A stretch of DNA of 35,802 nt from Patescibacteria group bacterium (GTDB taxonomy: Bacteria > Patescibacteriota > Minisyncoccia > Phycocordibacterales > JAGLPS01), in the NCBI GenBank assembly GCA_038057845.1, contig JBBUCK010000090.1, positions 17,183 to 52,984 on the forward strand, written 5' to 3'. The translations under genes and the position numbers were made by a program. This document shows positions 35,163 through 35,802 of the stretch, piece by piece. The notes beneath the pieces were generated by a model. It was not told the origin of the DNA. It worked only from the letters and a program-made list of their open reading frames with translations, and did not search any database. Every line of letters starts with the position of its first letter. The stretch's first letter is position 1.

Positions 35163-35802
35163 ATGGAAGAAAAAGAGAAAGAAGAGAAAGAAATAGAAGA
35201 AAGTGACCTTGATACGATTCTTGAGTTCCTTGGAAAAGAAACACCAATCGACATTCTACCGGAAACTGAGGCTATTTTTGTCTTTGGGCACTACCAACCG
35301 CTCGTTGCCCAACACGCCACAGAACTTTGGAAAAAAAAGAAAGGGGAAAAAATTATTCTCACAGGTAAGGGTGGAAGCGGTTTGATACCGAAAACATTCA
35401 ATACGGAAGCGGAATATTTTGCTTCAATCCTCACAAAAGCCGGCATTCCGGAACAATCGCTGATTCTTGAAAAGGAATCATCCAATGTTCTTGAGAATGT
35501 GAAAATGGGAATCATGGCATGTCATGCAATCGGGTTTTTTCCTAAAACTCTCGTACTGTGCGCGCTCCCTCCATTGTTATTGCGCACACACGCCACCTTC
35601 CAAAAACAATTTCCGGAAATCGCGGTTTATGGAAGCGCGTTCCCTATGCCATCGAAATGGTTTACCGATACGAGAATGAAGCGTTTACTGGGAGAATTTG
35701 ACAGATTAAAAAATTACGCGAAAAAAGGAGATATTAGCTATGTAGAAATTCCTGAAAAAGTTCTTTTAGCAAAAGAAAATATAAGAAAGGCGCTTATGCC
35801 CT
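35163..35802 (+). CDS. YdcF/DUF218-family protein, running off the window end
   Basis: Open frame absent from the ORF track: AIFVFG, IILTG.GG, TEAE.F, GIP...LILE.ES.N.LENV; GAGGAG RBS. Confidence 0.8.
   Translation, partial: MEEKEKEEKEIEESDLDTILEFLGKETPIDILPETEAIFVFGHYQPLVAQHATELWKKKKGEKIILTGKGGSGLIPKTFNTEAEYFASILTKAGIPEQSLILEKESSNVLENVKMGIMACHAIGFFPKTLVLCALPPLLLRTHATFQKQFPEIAVYGSAFPMPSKWFTDTRMKRLLGEFDRLKNYAKKGDISYVEIPEKVLLAKENIRKALMP

Overview
This 35.8-kb window looks like a Patescibacteria (CPR, Parcubacteria-like) chromosome in standard genetic code. The housekeeping backbone is prfB, gatCA, a plsC-like acyltransferase, ligA, a monoderm-type type IV pilus/competence cluster (pilM-N-O, pilB, receiver protein, pilT, pilC, major pilin, pilD, minor pilins including a vWA pilin; no pilQ) and comF. 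There are six tRNA genes: Thr-CGU, Thr-GGU (split by a 191-nt group I intron), fMet, Met-CAU, Asp-GUC and Ser-GCU. Accessory content includes a secreted lipase plus paralogous membrane-protein cassette array, a membrane-anchored NirK with Gln at the usual axial Met position, a LAGLIDADG gene overlapping tRNA-Asp, and two small GIY-YIG genes. The strongest signal is non-coding. (i) Two families of structured elements are tethered to tRNA ends: their cores are conserved across unrelated tRNAs, while their terminal stems are copies of the neighbouring tRNA (T-arm/acceptor copies downstream, acceptor-stem minihelix mimics upstream). (ii) A 280-bp element with terminal inverted repeats encodes only a GIY-YIG nuclease, has a non-autonomous MITE relative, and co-occurs with several small palindromes inserted in frame into prfB, pilD and pilin signal peptides. 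(iii) The resident tRNA-Asp appears to have been replaced by an inverted LAGLIDADG-tRNA cassette. All calls come from reading the sequence by eye; no database search or folding program was run, and novelty is untested.
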